Positions 17,767 to 26,970 of a stretch of DNA of 64,000 nt are shown piece after piece. Positions within the stretch are counted from its first letter, which is position 1; every line of letters begins with the position of its first letter. Origin of the DNA: an uncultured Thermotogae bacterium (GTDB lineage Bacteria > Bipolaricaulota > Bipolaricaulia > UBA7950 > UBA9294). The stretch lies in contig CAZGXU010000001.1 in the NCBI GenBank assembly GCA_964530075.1, forward strand, positions 11,288 to 75,287. Direction: 5' to 3'. Under the pieces are notes generated by a model. It searched no databases, was not told the DNA's origin, and worked only from the letters and a program-made list of their open reading frames with translations. Made by a program: the position numbers and the translations under genes.

Positions 17767-20123
17767 GCCTGCAGCGGAAGCGTCTCCTCGTTCGGGGCGT
17801 CGTCCAAGGAGTCGGGTTCCGCCCGTTCATCTACCGGATCGCCACGGGGAATCGCCTCGGTGGATCGGTGCGGAACCGCGGCGATGCCGGGGTCGAGATC
17901 CTCGTCGAGGGCGCGGCCGACTCGCTCGGCGCCTTTCTCGTCGAGCTGGAGCGCGATCTCCCCCCGTTGGCGCGGATCACGTCGGTCGATCTCTCCGAAC
18001 AGGAGCCGATCGGGGAGACGGAGTTCGTCATCCTCCCGTCGACCGAGGAGGGGGAGCGAGGCGGGACCCTCCCTCCGGACGTGGCGATCTGCGATGCCTG
18101 CGTGGCCGAGATCCTCGGCGGATCGAGGTTCACCGGGTACTGGGCGACCAGTTGCACCGACTGCGGCCCGCGGTTCACGGTGATCGAATCGCTCCCGTAC
18201 GACCGGCCCCGGACGTCGATGGCCGACTTCCCGATGTGCGATGCCTGCAGCGGGGAATACCGCGATCCGTTCGACCGCCGGTACCACGCGCAGACGACCG
18301 CATGCGCGGCGTGCGGCCCGACGCTGACGTTCGACGGGGAATCCGACACGGCTCTCGATCGAGCGGGTGAGGCGCTCCGGGCGGGCCGGGTCGTCGCGAT
18401 CAAGGGGATCGGCGGGACGCACTTGGCGTGCGACGCCACGAGCGAGGACGCGGTGGCCCGGCTCCGCGCTCGGGTCGGTCGGCCGTCGCAGCCGTACGCG
18501 CTGATGGCCACGGAGAAGATGATCCGGGCGTTTGCCGCTCCGGACGATGCGGAGTGGGCGCAGCTCCGCGGACCCGAGCGGCCGATCGTCGTGCTCCGCG
18601 CGCGCCCCGGGGCCCTGGCCGAGTCCGTCGCCCCCGGGTTGCACACCGTCGGCGCGATGCTCCCCTACACCGGCCTCCATCATCTCCTCTTCGAGCGAGT
18701 CGACGCGCCGCTGGTGATGACGAGCGCCAACCTGCCGGGACGGCCGATGCTGATCGACAACGCGGAGATCGAACGCCGTCTGGCCGGGGTCGCCGACCAT
18801 CTCCTGCTGCACGACCGAAGGGTCGTCGCCCGCTGCGACGATTCGGTCCGACGGCAGGTCGCCGGCCGGCTCGTCTTTCTCCGCCGGTCGAGGGGGTGGG
18901 TCCCGGGGCCGATCGACGCGCCGCTCGGGGACGAGCCGATCCTCGCCCTCGGCCCGGAGACGGATCTGACGTTCGCGATCTACGCCGACGGCGCCGCGAC
19001 CCTCTCCCAGCACATCGGGTCGGTCGACGACCTGGAGACGATCGAGTTCCTACGGGAGGCGGTCGATCACCTCTACCGGATCACCCGGACGCCGGCGCCT
19101 CGGATCGTCGCCTGCGACCTTCACCCTCGGTTCGCGACCACGCGCATGGCAGACGAGCTGGCGGAGCGGCACGGGGCCCGCGTCGTGCGCGTCCAACACC
19201 ACGCGGCGCACCTCCTCTCGGTGATGGCCGAGCACAGGCTCGACGCCGCGGTCGGGATCATCCTGGATGGGTACGGCCACGGGTGGGACGGCGACGCGTG
19301 GGGCGGGGAGCTGCTCGTCGTGGGGGACGGCGTCATCGAACGGGTCGGGTTTCTCAGCCCGGCCCGTCTTCCCGGCGGCGACCTCGCAGCGCGTCGGCCG
19401 CTCCGGATGGCGGCGTCGTTCCTCCACGCCGGGGGGGCGGACGAGGAGAAGCTGAGGGAGGGGCTGGGGGCACGCGGGTTGGGTGAAGAGGCGATCGGGC
19501 TCCTGCTGGCGCAGATCGAGCGGGGCGCGAACGCGCCGTGGACGACCAGCGCCGGCCGCTTCCTCGACGCGGTCTCCGCCTGGCTCGGCGTCTGCCTGGA
19601 GCGGACCTACGAGGGCGAGCCGGCGATGCGCCTCGAGGCCGCCGCCGCACGAGGGACGGCGCTTCCCATCGAGGTCGACATCCAGCGGGACGGAGGGGGC
19701 CGCGTCGTCGATACCGTCAACCTGTTCGCGCGGCTCGTCGGTCTGGCGGAGACGAACTCGATCGAGGACGTCAGCGCCACGGCGCAAGCGGCGCTGGCGG
19801 ACGGTGCGGCCCGCGCAGCGGCGGAGATCGCGGCCGAGCGCGGCATCCGGGATGTCTGCCTCAGCGGAGGCGTCGCGTACAACGACGCGATCGCGTCGAC
19901 GGTCCGTGCCGCGATCGAGGCGGCCGGCCTTCGCTATCGGACCAACGAACGAGTGCCATGCGGTGACGGTGGGATCTCGTTCGGTCAGGCGGCCTACGCC
20001 GGGCGCGGAATCGAGGTCCTAGAAGCAGACCGGCCCGATACAGCACCCCGCGACCGTAGCCAGGAGTCCCCCGAGCAGTCCAAGAGAAAGAACCCATCGG
20101 ATCATGTGCCGGATTGTACGTGA
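17763..20123 (+). CDS. hypF: carbamoyltransferase HypF
   Basis: Start ATG overlaps the hypA stop (ATGA). Acylphosphatase domain (VRGVVQGVGFRP). Two CxxC-x18-CxxC zinc fingers. YrdC-like and Kae1/HypF C-terminal domains. Confidence 0.9.
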   Translation: MSLQRKRLLVRGVVQGVGFRPFIYRIATGNRLGGSVRNRGDAGVEILVEGAADSLGAFLVELERDLPPLARITSVDLSEQEPIGETEFVILPSTEEGERGGTLPPDVAICDACVAEILGGSRFTGYWATSCTDCGPRFTVIESLPYDRPRTSMADFPMCDACSGEYRDPFDRRYHAQTTACAACGPTLTFDGESDTALDRAGEALRAGRVVAIKGIGGTHLACDATSEDAVARLRARVGRPSQPYALMATEKMIRAFAAPDDAEWAQLRGPERPIVVLRARPGALAESVAPGLHTVGAMLPYTGLHHLLFERVDAPLVMTSANLPGRPMLIDNAEIERRLAGVADHLLLHDRRVVARCDDSVRRQVAGRLVFLRRSRGWVPGPIDAPLGDEPILALGPETDLTFAIYADGAATLSQHIGSVDDLETIEFLREAVDHLYRITRTPAPRIVACDLHPRFATTRMADELAERHGARVVRVQHHAAHLLSVMAEHRLDAAVGIILDGYGHGWDGDAWGGELLVVGDGVIERVGFLSPARLPGGDLAARRPLRMAASFLHAGGADEEKLREGLGARGLGEEAIGLLLAQIERGANAPWTTSAGRFLDAVSAWLGVCLERTYEGEPAMRLEAAAARGTALPIEVDIQRDGGGRVVDTVNLFARLVGLAETNSIEDVSATAQAALADGAARAAAEIAAERGIRDVCLSGGVAYNDAIASTVRAAIEAAGLRYRTNERVPCGDGGISFGQAAYAGRGIEVLEADRPDTAPRDRSQESPEQSKRKNPSDHVPDCT

Positions 20124-20174
20124 GCACGGCGCGTTCACAAGGACCCCGGTGGGGCCCGGTGGTCTCAGATGACG

Positions 20175-20202
20175 CGAGGGACGGCCGGTCGACCGTCCCT
20201 CG
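20175..20202. terminator. 10-bp perfect hairpin (CGAGGGACGG-N8-CCGTCCCTCG) between convergent hypF and DUF922 genes; candidate bidirectional terminator
   Basis: Read directly from the sequence. No U-tract follows, which is common in GC-rich genomes. Confidence 0.35.
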
Positions 20203-20304
20203 GGGCAAGAGGTCTGTTCCGCTGCGTAAGGAGGTGGTGTTGCGCTGTCCGCCCGGATCTACTCCGAACCGCGCGCCCGGTTTCAGCCGGTCGGTGAATC
20301 GGAG

Positions 20305-20928
20305 TTACGGCGCGCACGCCGGGTCGAGGAGCCACGCGGCGATCTGGGCTTCCCACCGCGCTTGGCCGCCGGGGTCGTTCCCGTGGTCGGACTCCTCGTC
20401 GTATCGGGCCTGAGCGGCCTCCAGCTGCGCGAGGACTTCGTTCGCCTTCTGATGAAGGGCCGCATTCAACGCGCCGATTGTCCCCTCTTGGGTCACGCCC
20501 TGGGCTTGGATGCACGGGAGGAGAGCCTCCAGCTTGCGGCGATAGACCTCGTTCAGATCGAAGTGCGCCTGTTCGTGCCGCAGGACGTCATCGTCCGCCG
20601 CCTCGGTGACGACCCAGGAGAGCGAGGGCTCCACCGTGTTCGTGATCGTCACGCTCTCGACGTGCCCGGTCCACATACCGCCTCTCGACGTGACCGAGTA
20701 GCTGGCGTACCACCGGATCGTCATGTGGATCGCCGCCGCTTCGCTCCGGTGGACGGCGTCCGCCGGCGGCGTGGCCTGGAACAGGTCCCACGTCAACGGT
20801 CTCGCTTCGCTCCACGGGATCCCGGGATCCGAGCCCCCCGACGTGGCGGTGAACGCGACGAGGCCGATCAGACAGGCGAAGAGGGCGAACTTGACGGCGC
20901 GGATCGCGGACCACCCAGCGTGCTGCAC
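20305..20928 (-). CDS. DUF922 family predicted Zn-dependent protease-like protein, exported
   Basis: N-terminal hydrophobic segment. HEQAHFDL (HExxH) motif typical of DUF922. Confidence 0.6.
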   Translation of the reverse strand: MQHAGWSAIRAVKFALFACLIGLVAFTATSGGSDPGIPWSEARPLTWDLFQATPPADAVHRSEAAAIHMTIRWYASYSVTSRGGMWTGHVESVTITNTVEPSLSWVVTEAADDDVLRHEQAHFDLNEVYRRKLEALLPCIQAQGVTQEGTIGALNAALHQKANEVLAQLEAAQARYDEESDHGNDPGGQARWEAQIAAWLLDPACAP

Positions 20929-20972
20929 GTCTCCTCCCCCTTCAGGTCGATCTTACCCGAAGCCAGTTGGAT

Positions 20973-22727
20973 CTACCAGCCCCCGCCGCCCCCGCCTCCG
21001 AAGCCGCCCCCGGAGAACCCCCCGCCGAACGTGCTTCGCCCGCCCCAGGCGGATCGCCCGCCCGGCGCGGTCCGCGGCGCCGATACGAAGCTCCGCTCCA
21101 TCCCGGAGGTCAAGTAGAGCATCGACAGGGTGAACAGGTTCGCCCGGAAGACGGGGGCGCGCCCGACGTACCAGTCCGGCGGCTCGTCGAGCAGCCCCTC
21201 GAACTGCTTGGTCCAGATCGAGGTGAGGTTCATCGCAATGGCGTAGGGAAGGAGCTTCTCGAACAGCTTCGGGCTCTTCTCCGGAGCGTCGTGGTACTCG
21301 ATCCGATCGACCTCCGCCCGCCGGATGTACTCGGAGAGGCCGAGGAGTCCCTCGAGGGCGCGGACGCCCTCCTTGGTCTTTCGGGGCATGATCGGGGAGA
21401 ACGCGAGGACGACCAGTCCGCAGGCGCCGACCGCGATGCCGAGGTACAACGACTGGACGTACAGGCCGAGCACAGCGCCGAGGCCCAGCCCCGCCAGCCC
21501 GAGGAACCGGTAGAAACCGCGCGTCCGCTCGGGGTTGTGCGGGTAGTAGCCCTTCTCGATCAGTCCGGAGTAGAGCTTCGACTTGATCGCCGGCAGGTGC
21601 GTGTAGAACCGGTTCTCGAGCGACGAGAGGGTCCGCACCTCCGGATGCTCCTCGTCGAAGATCGCGTCGAGGAGCAGCCGCTCGACCTCCGAGAGGTCGT
21701 CCGTCGAACCGGGGCGTCGGACGAAGCGGTACTCGGTCGCCGACCGGCCGAAGAGGGCCTTCACCCGGTCGCCGAGCCCTTCCGTCTCGTCGACCTCTTC
21801 GATCCTCAGGTGTCCGTTGACCGCGAGACCGATCAGCATCGCGCTGACGTCCCGCAGGTCTGCACGATCGTCGATCAGCACTCCGGCCTCGCCGGGATGC
21901 ATCCCGGCCGGCGGCTCGAACGCCGGCGCGATCGTCCGCTTCCTCGGGTCCCGCCCGACCCGGAACCATACGAGGATCATCCCGATCAGCGCGAGGATCG
22001 GGAGCATGGCGTACTTGTTCGCCTCGAGGAACCAGAGGACCCGCTGACCGGTCGACGGCGGTTCGATCGGCAGCTGATCCCGCGGAATCGACACGTCGAT
22101 CGTCAGCCCTTCGCCGGGGAGGAGCTGGCCCGCGGAGAAGCGGAGTTCGCCTGTCTCCGAGATGAGCGTCGGCCCTCCGCGCGTCGTCCTCCCGAAGCCA
22201 CCGACGTAGGACGTCGACGACACGGTCGCTCGGTCGACCGCCCCGGGGAGGATCACCGCCGCCGTGACCTGCCGGATCGGAATTCGCCACTCATTTCCTG
22301 TGACGTTCCAATAGAGCTGGAGGTAGTCGTCGTGGAAGACGATCGCCCGCCGGACGGTGTAAGCGATCGTGTAGACGTGCGTTCCGGTGATCGTCCGGTT
22401 CGGATCGCCGATCTGGAGGAGCAGATCCCGTCCGACGCGGCGGGCGGTGTACGGGACCGTCCCGCCGTCGAGCGCGATCCGATCGACGTCGAGATCGATC
22501 GTGACGTTGCCGCCGCGCGAGTCACGATACGAGACCGGGATCTCGCGTTCGATCCCGTGATACGGCGTGTAAAACGTCGCCGTCAGCTGTTCGGTGACAT
22601 GAAGGACGCCCTCCGCGTCGAGGACGATCGCGGCGTCGAACTGAGCGATCTCCAGGCTGGCGACGGTCGACAGGCCGATCGCGGAGAGGGAGGCGACGAG
22701 AAGGAGGAGGACCCGTGTACTTCGCAT
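20973..22727 (-). CDS. DUF2207 domain membrane protein with Gly-rich C-terminal tail
   Basis: Internal start MRSTRVLLLLVASLSAIGLS (signal peptide) overlaps the lemA stop (TGATG). DUF2207-like architecture: an N-terminal extracytoplasmic domain, two TM helices, and a C-terminal GGGFSGGGFGGGGGGGW tail. Confidence 0.75.
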   Translation of the reverse strand: MRSTRVLLLLVASLSAIGLSTVASLEIAQFDAAIVLDAEGVLHVTEQLTATFYTPYHGIEREIPVSYRDSRGGNVTIDLDVDRIALDGGTVPYTARRVGRDLLLQIGDPNRTITGTHVYTIAYTVRRAIVFHDDYLQLYWNVTGNEWRIPIRQVTAAVILPGAVDRATVSSTSYVGGFGRTTRGGPTLISETGELRFSAGQLLPGEGLTIDVSIPRDQLPIEPPSTGQRVLWFLEANKYAMLPILALIGMILVWFRVGRDPRKRTIAPAFEPPAGMHPGEAGVLIDDRADLRDVSAMLIGLAVNGHLRIEEVDETEGLGDRVKALFGRSATEYRFVRRPGSTDDLSEVERLLLDAIFDEEHPEVRTLSSLENRFYTHLPAIKSKLYSGLIEKGYYPHNPERTRGFYRFLGLAGLGLGAVLGLYVQSLYLGIAVGACGLVVLAFSPIMPRKTKEGVRALEGLLGLSEYIRRAEVDRIEYHDAPEKSPKLFEKLLPYAIAMNLTSIWTKQFEGLLDEPPDWYVGRAPVFRANLFTLSMLYLTSGMERSFVSAPRTAPGGRSAWGGRSTFGGGFSGGGFGGGGGGGW

Positions 22728-23281
22728 CAGAACCGGACGCGCGGCGCCGCCCGCTCCTCCTCTCCGGGGAGCGCGTAGAACTCGCGCTCGCGGAACCTGA
22801 ACAGGTTGGCGATGATGTTGCGCGGGAAGACCTGGATCATCGTGTTCAGGTCCCGAACGACGGCGTTGTAGTAGCGGCGCGATCGCTGGATCGCGTCCTC
22901 CACCTGCTCGAGGGTCTGCTGCAGGCCGAGGAAGTTCTGGTTCGCCTTGAGCTCGGGATAGGCCTCGACGACGGCGAACAGCGACTTGAGCGCCCCCCTC
23001 AGTCCCTCTTCGGCCTCCGCCTGCTCGCGCGGGCCCGAGGCGTCGATCGCCCTCGATCGGGCGAGGGTCACCTGCTCGAACACCTTCGACTCGTGGGATG
23101 CGTAGCCCTTCACCGTCTCGACGAGGTTCGGGATCAGATCCCAGCGTCGTTTCAGCTGTGTGTCGATGTCCCGCCACGCCTCCTCGGACCGGACGCGGAG
23201 CCGGACGAGACGATTGTACGTGAGCCCTCCCCAGAGGAGGACGATCCCCCCGATGATGATGACGTAGCCGACCGCGCTCAT
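22727..23281 (-). CDS. lemA: LemA family protein
   Basis: Start MSAVGYVIIIGGIVLLWGGLTYNRLV with GGAGG RBS. The LemA-DUF2207 pair is a conserved arrangement. Confidence 0.8.
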   Translation of the reverse strand: MSAVGYVIIIGGIVLLWGGLTYNRLVRLRVRSEEAWRDIDTQLKRRWDLIPNLVETVKGYASHESKVFEQVTLARSRAIDASGPREQAEAEEGLRGALKSLFAVVEAYPELKANQNFLGLQQTLEQVEDAIQRSRRYYNAVVRDLNTMIQVFPRNIIANLFRFREREFYALPGEEERAAPRVRF

Positions 23282-23455
23282 GCTTCCTCCTTCCCAATGG
23301 CCTGGCGATTCTAGCCGGACGACGGGAGATCGGCCAATCACCGGTGGGAGAGAGGCGGCCGAGCCGTCTCCACGGAAGCGTTGTTGCAACAAGCGATCCG
23401 GCGTGATATCCTTCCGGCGCTTCGACAGCGATTCTCATCCATTCAGGAGGGCACG

Positions 23456-24523
23456 ATGCACAAGAGGCTGTTCACCCCCGGGCCCACGGAGGTCCGTCCG
23501 GAGATCCTCAAGGAGCTCGCGACGCCGCAGATCCACCACCGCTCGCCGGAGTTCTCGGAGCTGTACGCGGAGATCCAACCGAAGCTTCAGCAGGTCCTCT
23601 TCACCGACAACCCGGTCCTCCTCTTCACCTCGTCGTCGACCGGCGCGATGGAGTCGGCGGTGACGAATCTCGTCGCGAAGCGCTGTCTGAACCTCGTCAA
23701 CGGCGCGTTCTCCGAGCGATGGCACAAGATCACGGTCGGGAACGGCGTCCCGTGCGACACGTTCGAGCTCCCGTGGGACGTCGCGATGAAGCCGGAGATG
23801 GTCGACGAGCGACTCGCGTCGGGCCAATACGACGCGGTGACGCTCGTCTTCAACGAGACCTCGACCGGGATGCTCAACCCGCTGCAGGGGATCGCCGAGG
23901 TCGTCCAACGTCATCCGGACGTCCTCCTCCTCGTCGACGCGGTCAGCGGGATGGCTGGCGCGAAGATCGAGACCGACGCGTGGAAGATCGACTTCGTCCT
24001 CGCCGGCGTCCAGAAGGCGTTCGCGCTTCCGGCCGGCCTCGCCGTCGCCGCGGTCAGCGAGCGGGCGTTCGAGCGGGCGAAGTCCGTCCCGCCGCGGAGC
24101 TACTACTTCAGCCTCCCCCTGATGCACAAGTCGCATCTGAAGAACCAGACGCCGTCGACCCCGGCGATCCCGCACTTGTACGCGCTGAACGCTCAGCTCG
24201 ACGACATGCTCGCTGAGGGGATGGAGCGTCGCTTCGCGCGCCACGCCGAGATGGCGTCGATCGTCCAGTCCTGGGCGGAGAAGCACTTCGGCGTCTTCCC
24301 CGAGGAGGGCTACTGGTCGCCGACGTTGACCTGCATCCGCAACACGAAGGAGATCGACGTCGCCGGACTGATCGACAGGCTCGCCGACGAGTACAACTTG
24401 CGGATCGCCAACGGGTACGGGGACATCAAGGAGAAAACGTTCCGGATCGCTCACATGGGCGACACGCAGGTCGACGAGATTGAAGGACTGCTGAGGGCGA
24501 TCGAGAGAGTCCTCGGTCTGTAG
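23456..24523 (+). CDS. class V aminotransferase (serine-pyruvate / phosphoserine aminotransferase-like)
   Basis: Start MHKRLFTPGPTE with AGGAGG RBS. PLP-fold motifs (FTPGP...; ...VDAVSG...). Adjacent to serA. Confidence 0.85.
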   Translation: MHKRLFTPGPTEVRPEILKELATPQIHHRSPEFSELYAEIQPKLQQVLFTDNPVLLFTSSSTGAMESAVTNLVAKRCLNLVNGAFSERWHKITVGNGVPCDTFELPWDVAMKPEMVDERLASGQYDAVTLVFNETSTGMLNPLQGIAEVVQRHPDVLLLVDAVSGMAGAKIETDAWKIDFVLAGVQKAFALPAGLAVAAVSERAFERAKSVPPRSYYFSLPLMHKSHLKNQTPSTPAIPHLYALNAQLDDMLAEGMERRFARHAEMASIVQSWAEKHFGVFPEEGYWSPTLTCIRNTKEIDVAGLIDRLADEYNLRIANGYGDIKEKTFRIAHMGDTQVDEIEGLLRAIERVLGL

Positions 24524-24531
24524 GAGGTGCG

Positions 24532-25458
24532 ATGATGACGTTCAGGGTGCTCGCCTCCGACCCGATCGCCGCCGAGGCGGTCGCGGCGATGCGAGACGCG
24601 GGGCTCGAGGTCGAAGAGAAGACGGGCCTGTCGGTCGACGAACTGAAGTCCGAAATCGGATCGTACGACGCGATCGTCGTGCGGAGCGCGACGAAGGTGC
24701 GGGCGGAGATCATCGACGCGTCGGAGAAGCTGAAGTTGATCGTCCGCGCCGGGGTCGGCCTCGACAACGTCGACGTCGAGCACGCCAAGGCGAAAGGGAT
24801 CGAGGTTCGCAACACCCCGGCGGCGAGTTCGAACTCGGTTGCCGAGCTGGCCCTCGGTCACGTTCTGTCCCTCGCCCGGCACATCGGCCGCGGGACAGCG
24901 TCGGTAAAGGCCGGCAAGTGGGAGAAGAAGGAGCTGAAGGGGATCGAGATCGTGGGGAAGACCCTCGGGATCGTCGGGATCGGCCGGATCGGGCGGTCGC
25001 TGGCGAAGAAGGCGAACGCGCTGGGGATGCGCGTGATCGCCTACGACGCGTACTTGGCGGAGAGCCCGATCCCCGAGATCGCGCCGATGGTCAGCTTCGA
25101 CCGGCTCTTGGCCGAGAGCGACTTCGTCTCGCTGCACATCCCGTTCGATTCGTCGGTCGGTCCGACCATCGGCGAAACGGAGCTTGCCAAGATGAAGGAC
25201 GGCGTTCGGATCGTCAACTGCGCCCGCGGAGGCGTGGTCGAGGAGGGGGCGCTCTTCGCGGCGGTGGAGAGCGGGAAGGTCGCCGGCGTCGCCCTCGACG
25301 TGTTCGAGACCGAGCCGCCGCCCCCGGATCATCCGCTCCTGGCCCTCGAATCGGTCTCGCTCACGCCCCACGTCGGGGCGTCGACGGTCGAGGCGCAGTC
25401 GCGCGTCGGCCGTGAGGCGGCGCAGATCGTCATCGACTTCGCGAACGCGCGGGGGTAG
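24532..25458 (+). CDS. serA: D-3-phosphoglycerate dehydrogenase / 2-hydroxyacid dehydrogenase (short form, no ACT domain)
   Basis: NAD-binding motif GIVGIGRIGRSLAKKA. Catalytic R/E/H region. 308 aa. Confidence 0.85.
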   Translation: MMTFRVLASDPIAAEAVAAMRDAGLEVEEKTGLSVDELKSEIGSYDAIVVRSATKVRAEIIDASEKLKLIVRAGVGLDNVDVEHAKAKGIEVRNTPAASSNSVAELALGHVLSLARHIGRGTASVKAGKWEKKELKGIEIVGKTLGIVGIGRIGRSLAKKANALGMRVIAYDAYLAESPIPEIAPMVSFDRLLAESDFVSLHIPFDSSVGPTIGETELAKMKDGVRIVNCARGGVVEEGALFAAVESGKVAGVALDVFETEPPPPDHPLLALESVSLTPHVGASTVEAQSRVGREAAQIVIDFANARG

Positions 25459-25476
25459 ACGGAATCGAGGGGGGCC

Positions 25477-26778
25477 ATGGCAAGCATCATCCCGTTTCGA
25501 GGCTACCGATACGATCCGGAGAAAGTCGGGTCGATCAGCGACGTCGTGACGCCGCCGTACGACCGGGTCGACCCGGAGATTCAAGCGGCCTGCTACGAGC
25601 GGAGCCCGTACAACATCGTTCGGATCATCAAGGGGAAGGCCGAGCCGGACGACGACGGATCGAGGAACGTCTACACGCGCGCGGCCGAGTCCCTCCGCCT
25701 GTGGATCGCCGAGGGGGTCCTCGTCCGCGACCCGGAGCCGGTCCTCTACGTCTATCACCAGGAGTACTCGTTCGCGGGTCAGCGCCTGACGCGGAAGGGG
25801 GTCGTCGCGTTGGGGAGGCTCGAGCCGGAGAACGTCCACGCGCACGAGAGGACGCTTAAGGGGCCAAAGGAGGATCGCCTGAAGCTGATGCGGGCGACGG
25901 AGGCGAACTTCGGCCACGTCTTCATGCTCTACGACGAGCCGAAGCGAACCGCCGATCGCGAGCTCGCGTCCGCGATCGAGGGCGTCGAGCCGCTGATCGA
26001 GGCGAACGACGGAGACGGGAACGCCCACCGCGTATGGTCGGTCAGGGACCCGGAGGTCATCGCGCGGGTGCAGAAGGCTCTGTCCGATCGGGACCTCTAC
26101 ATCGCCGACGGACATCACCGCTACGAGACGGCGGTCACCTTCATGCGCGAGTGCGCCGCGAACGGGTGGAGGCCGGCGGCACCGGAGTCGTTCGACGTCC
26201 GGATGATGACGCTGTTCAACGTCGCCGAGCCGGGGATGACGATCCGCCCCATCCACCGGCTGATCCACGGGCTGCCCGACTTTGAGCCGGCGGCGTTCCT
26301 CGACGCCGCGGCGGAGCACTTCGTCGTCGTGCGGCACCCGTCGTTCGACGCGATGGCGGCCGCGACCGGAGCGGGGCGCGAGCTGCATACGTTCGGATGC
26401 TACGCCGACGGCGTCTACACCACGCTGACGCTTCGGGACGTCTCGATGCTGGAGGAGTTGATCGGGACGGATCGCGCGGCCGACTCCAGGCGCCTCGACA
26501 TCACGATCCTCCACGCGGCGATCCTCGACCGGCTGCTCGGGATCGATGCCAGAGCGCTGGAAGAGGAGAGGAACGTCACCTACACCGTCGATGCGGCGAA
26601 GGGGATCGAGGCGGTCGATCGCGGAGAGGAACAGGCGTTCCTCTTCTTGAACGCGACCGCTCCGGACGAGGTGATCCGGGTCGCCGACCGCGGCGAGAGG
26701 ATGCCGCAGAAGTCGACCGACTTCTACCCCAAGCTGCTGACCGGGCTGGTCCTCTCGGTGATGGAGATCGAGAAGTGA
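25477..26778 (+). CDS. DUF1015 domain-containing protein
   Basis: Starts MASIIPFRGYRYD; 433 aa. DUF1015 is commonly linked to serA/serC. Confidence 0.8.
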   Translation: MASIIPFRGYRYDPEKVGSISDVVTPPYDRVDPEIQAACYERSPYNIVRIIKGKAEPDDDGSRNVYTRAAESLRLWIAEGVLVRDPEPVLYVYHQEYSFAGQRLTRKGVVALGRLEPENVHAHERTLKGPKEDRLKLMRATEANFGHVFMLYDEPKRTADRELASAIEGVEPLIEANDGDGNAHRVWSVRDPEVIARVQKALSDRDLYIADGHHRYETAVTFMRECAANGWRPAAPESFDVRMMTLFNVAEPGMTIRPIHRLIHGLPDFEPAAFLDAAAEHFVVVRHPSFDAMAAATGAGRELHTFGCYADGVYTTLTLRDVSMLEELIGTDRAADSRRLDITILHAAILDRLLGIDARALEEERNVTYTVDAAKGIEAVDRGEEQAFLFLNATAPDEVIRVADRGERMPQKSTDFYPKLLTGLVLSVMEIEK

Positions 26779-26818
26779 TCCGGAGGCGATGATCGCCTAG
26801 CGCGGGTCGCTCGATGAG

Positions 26819-26848
26819 GGGGAGCGTGCCCGCTCCCCTTCTCGCTTT
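26819..26848 (+). terminator. candidate intrinsic terminator: hairpin GGGGAGCG-TGCC-CGCTCCCC followed by TTCTCGCTTTC
   Basis: It starts about 40 nt after the DUF1015 stop. Confidence 0.4.
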
Positions 26849-26970
26849 CGGCGCGGTACATCTGTCCCGGGCTCCGGGGACAAACCCACGGCCTCTTCCT
26901 CGCCCATTTCCCGTTGGGACGGCCGCTTCTCGTCTACGCTTCGAACGGTGAGATCACGGAGGAGGTCATC

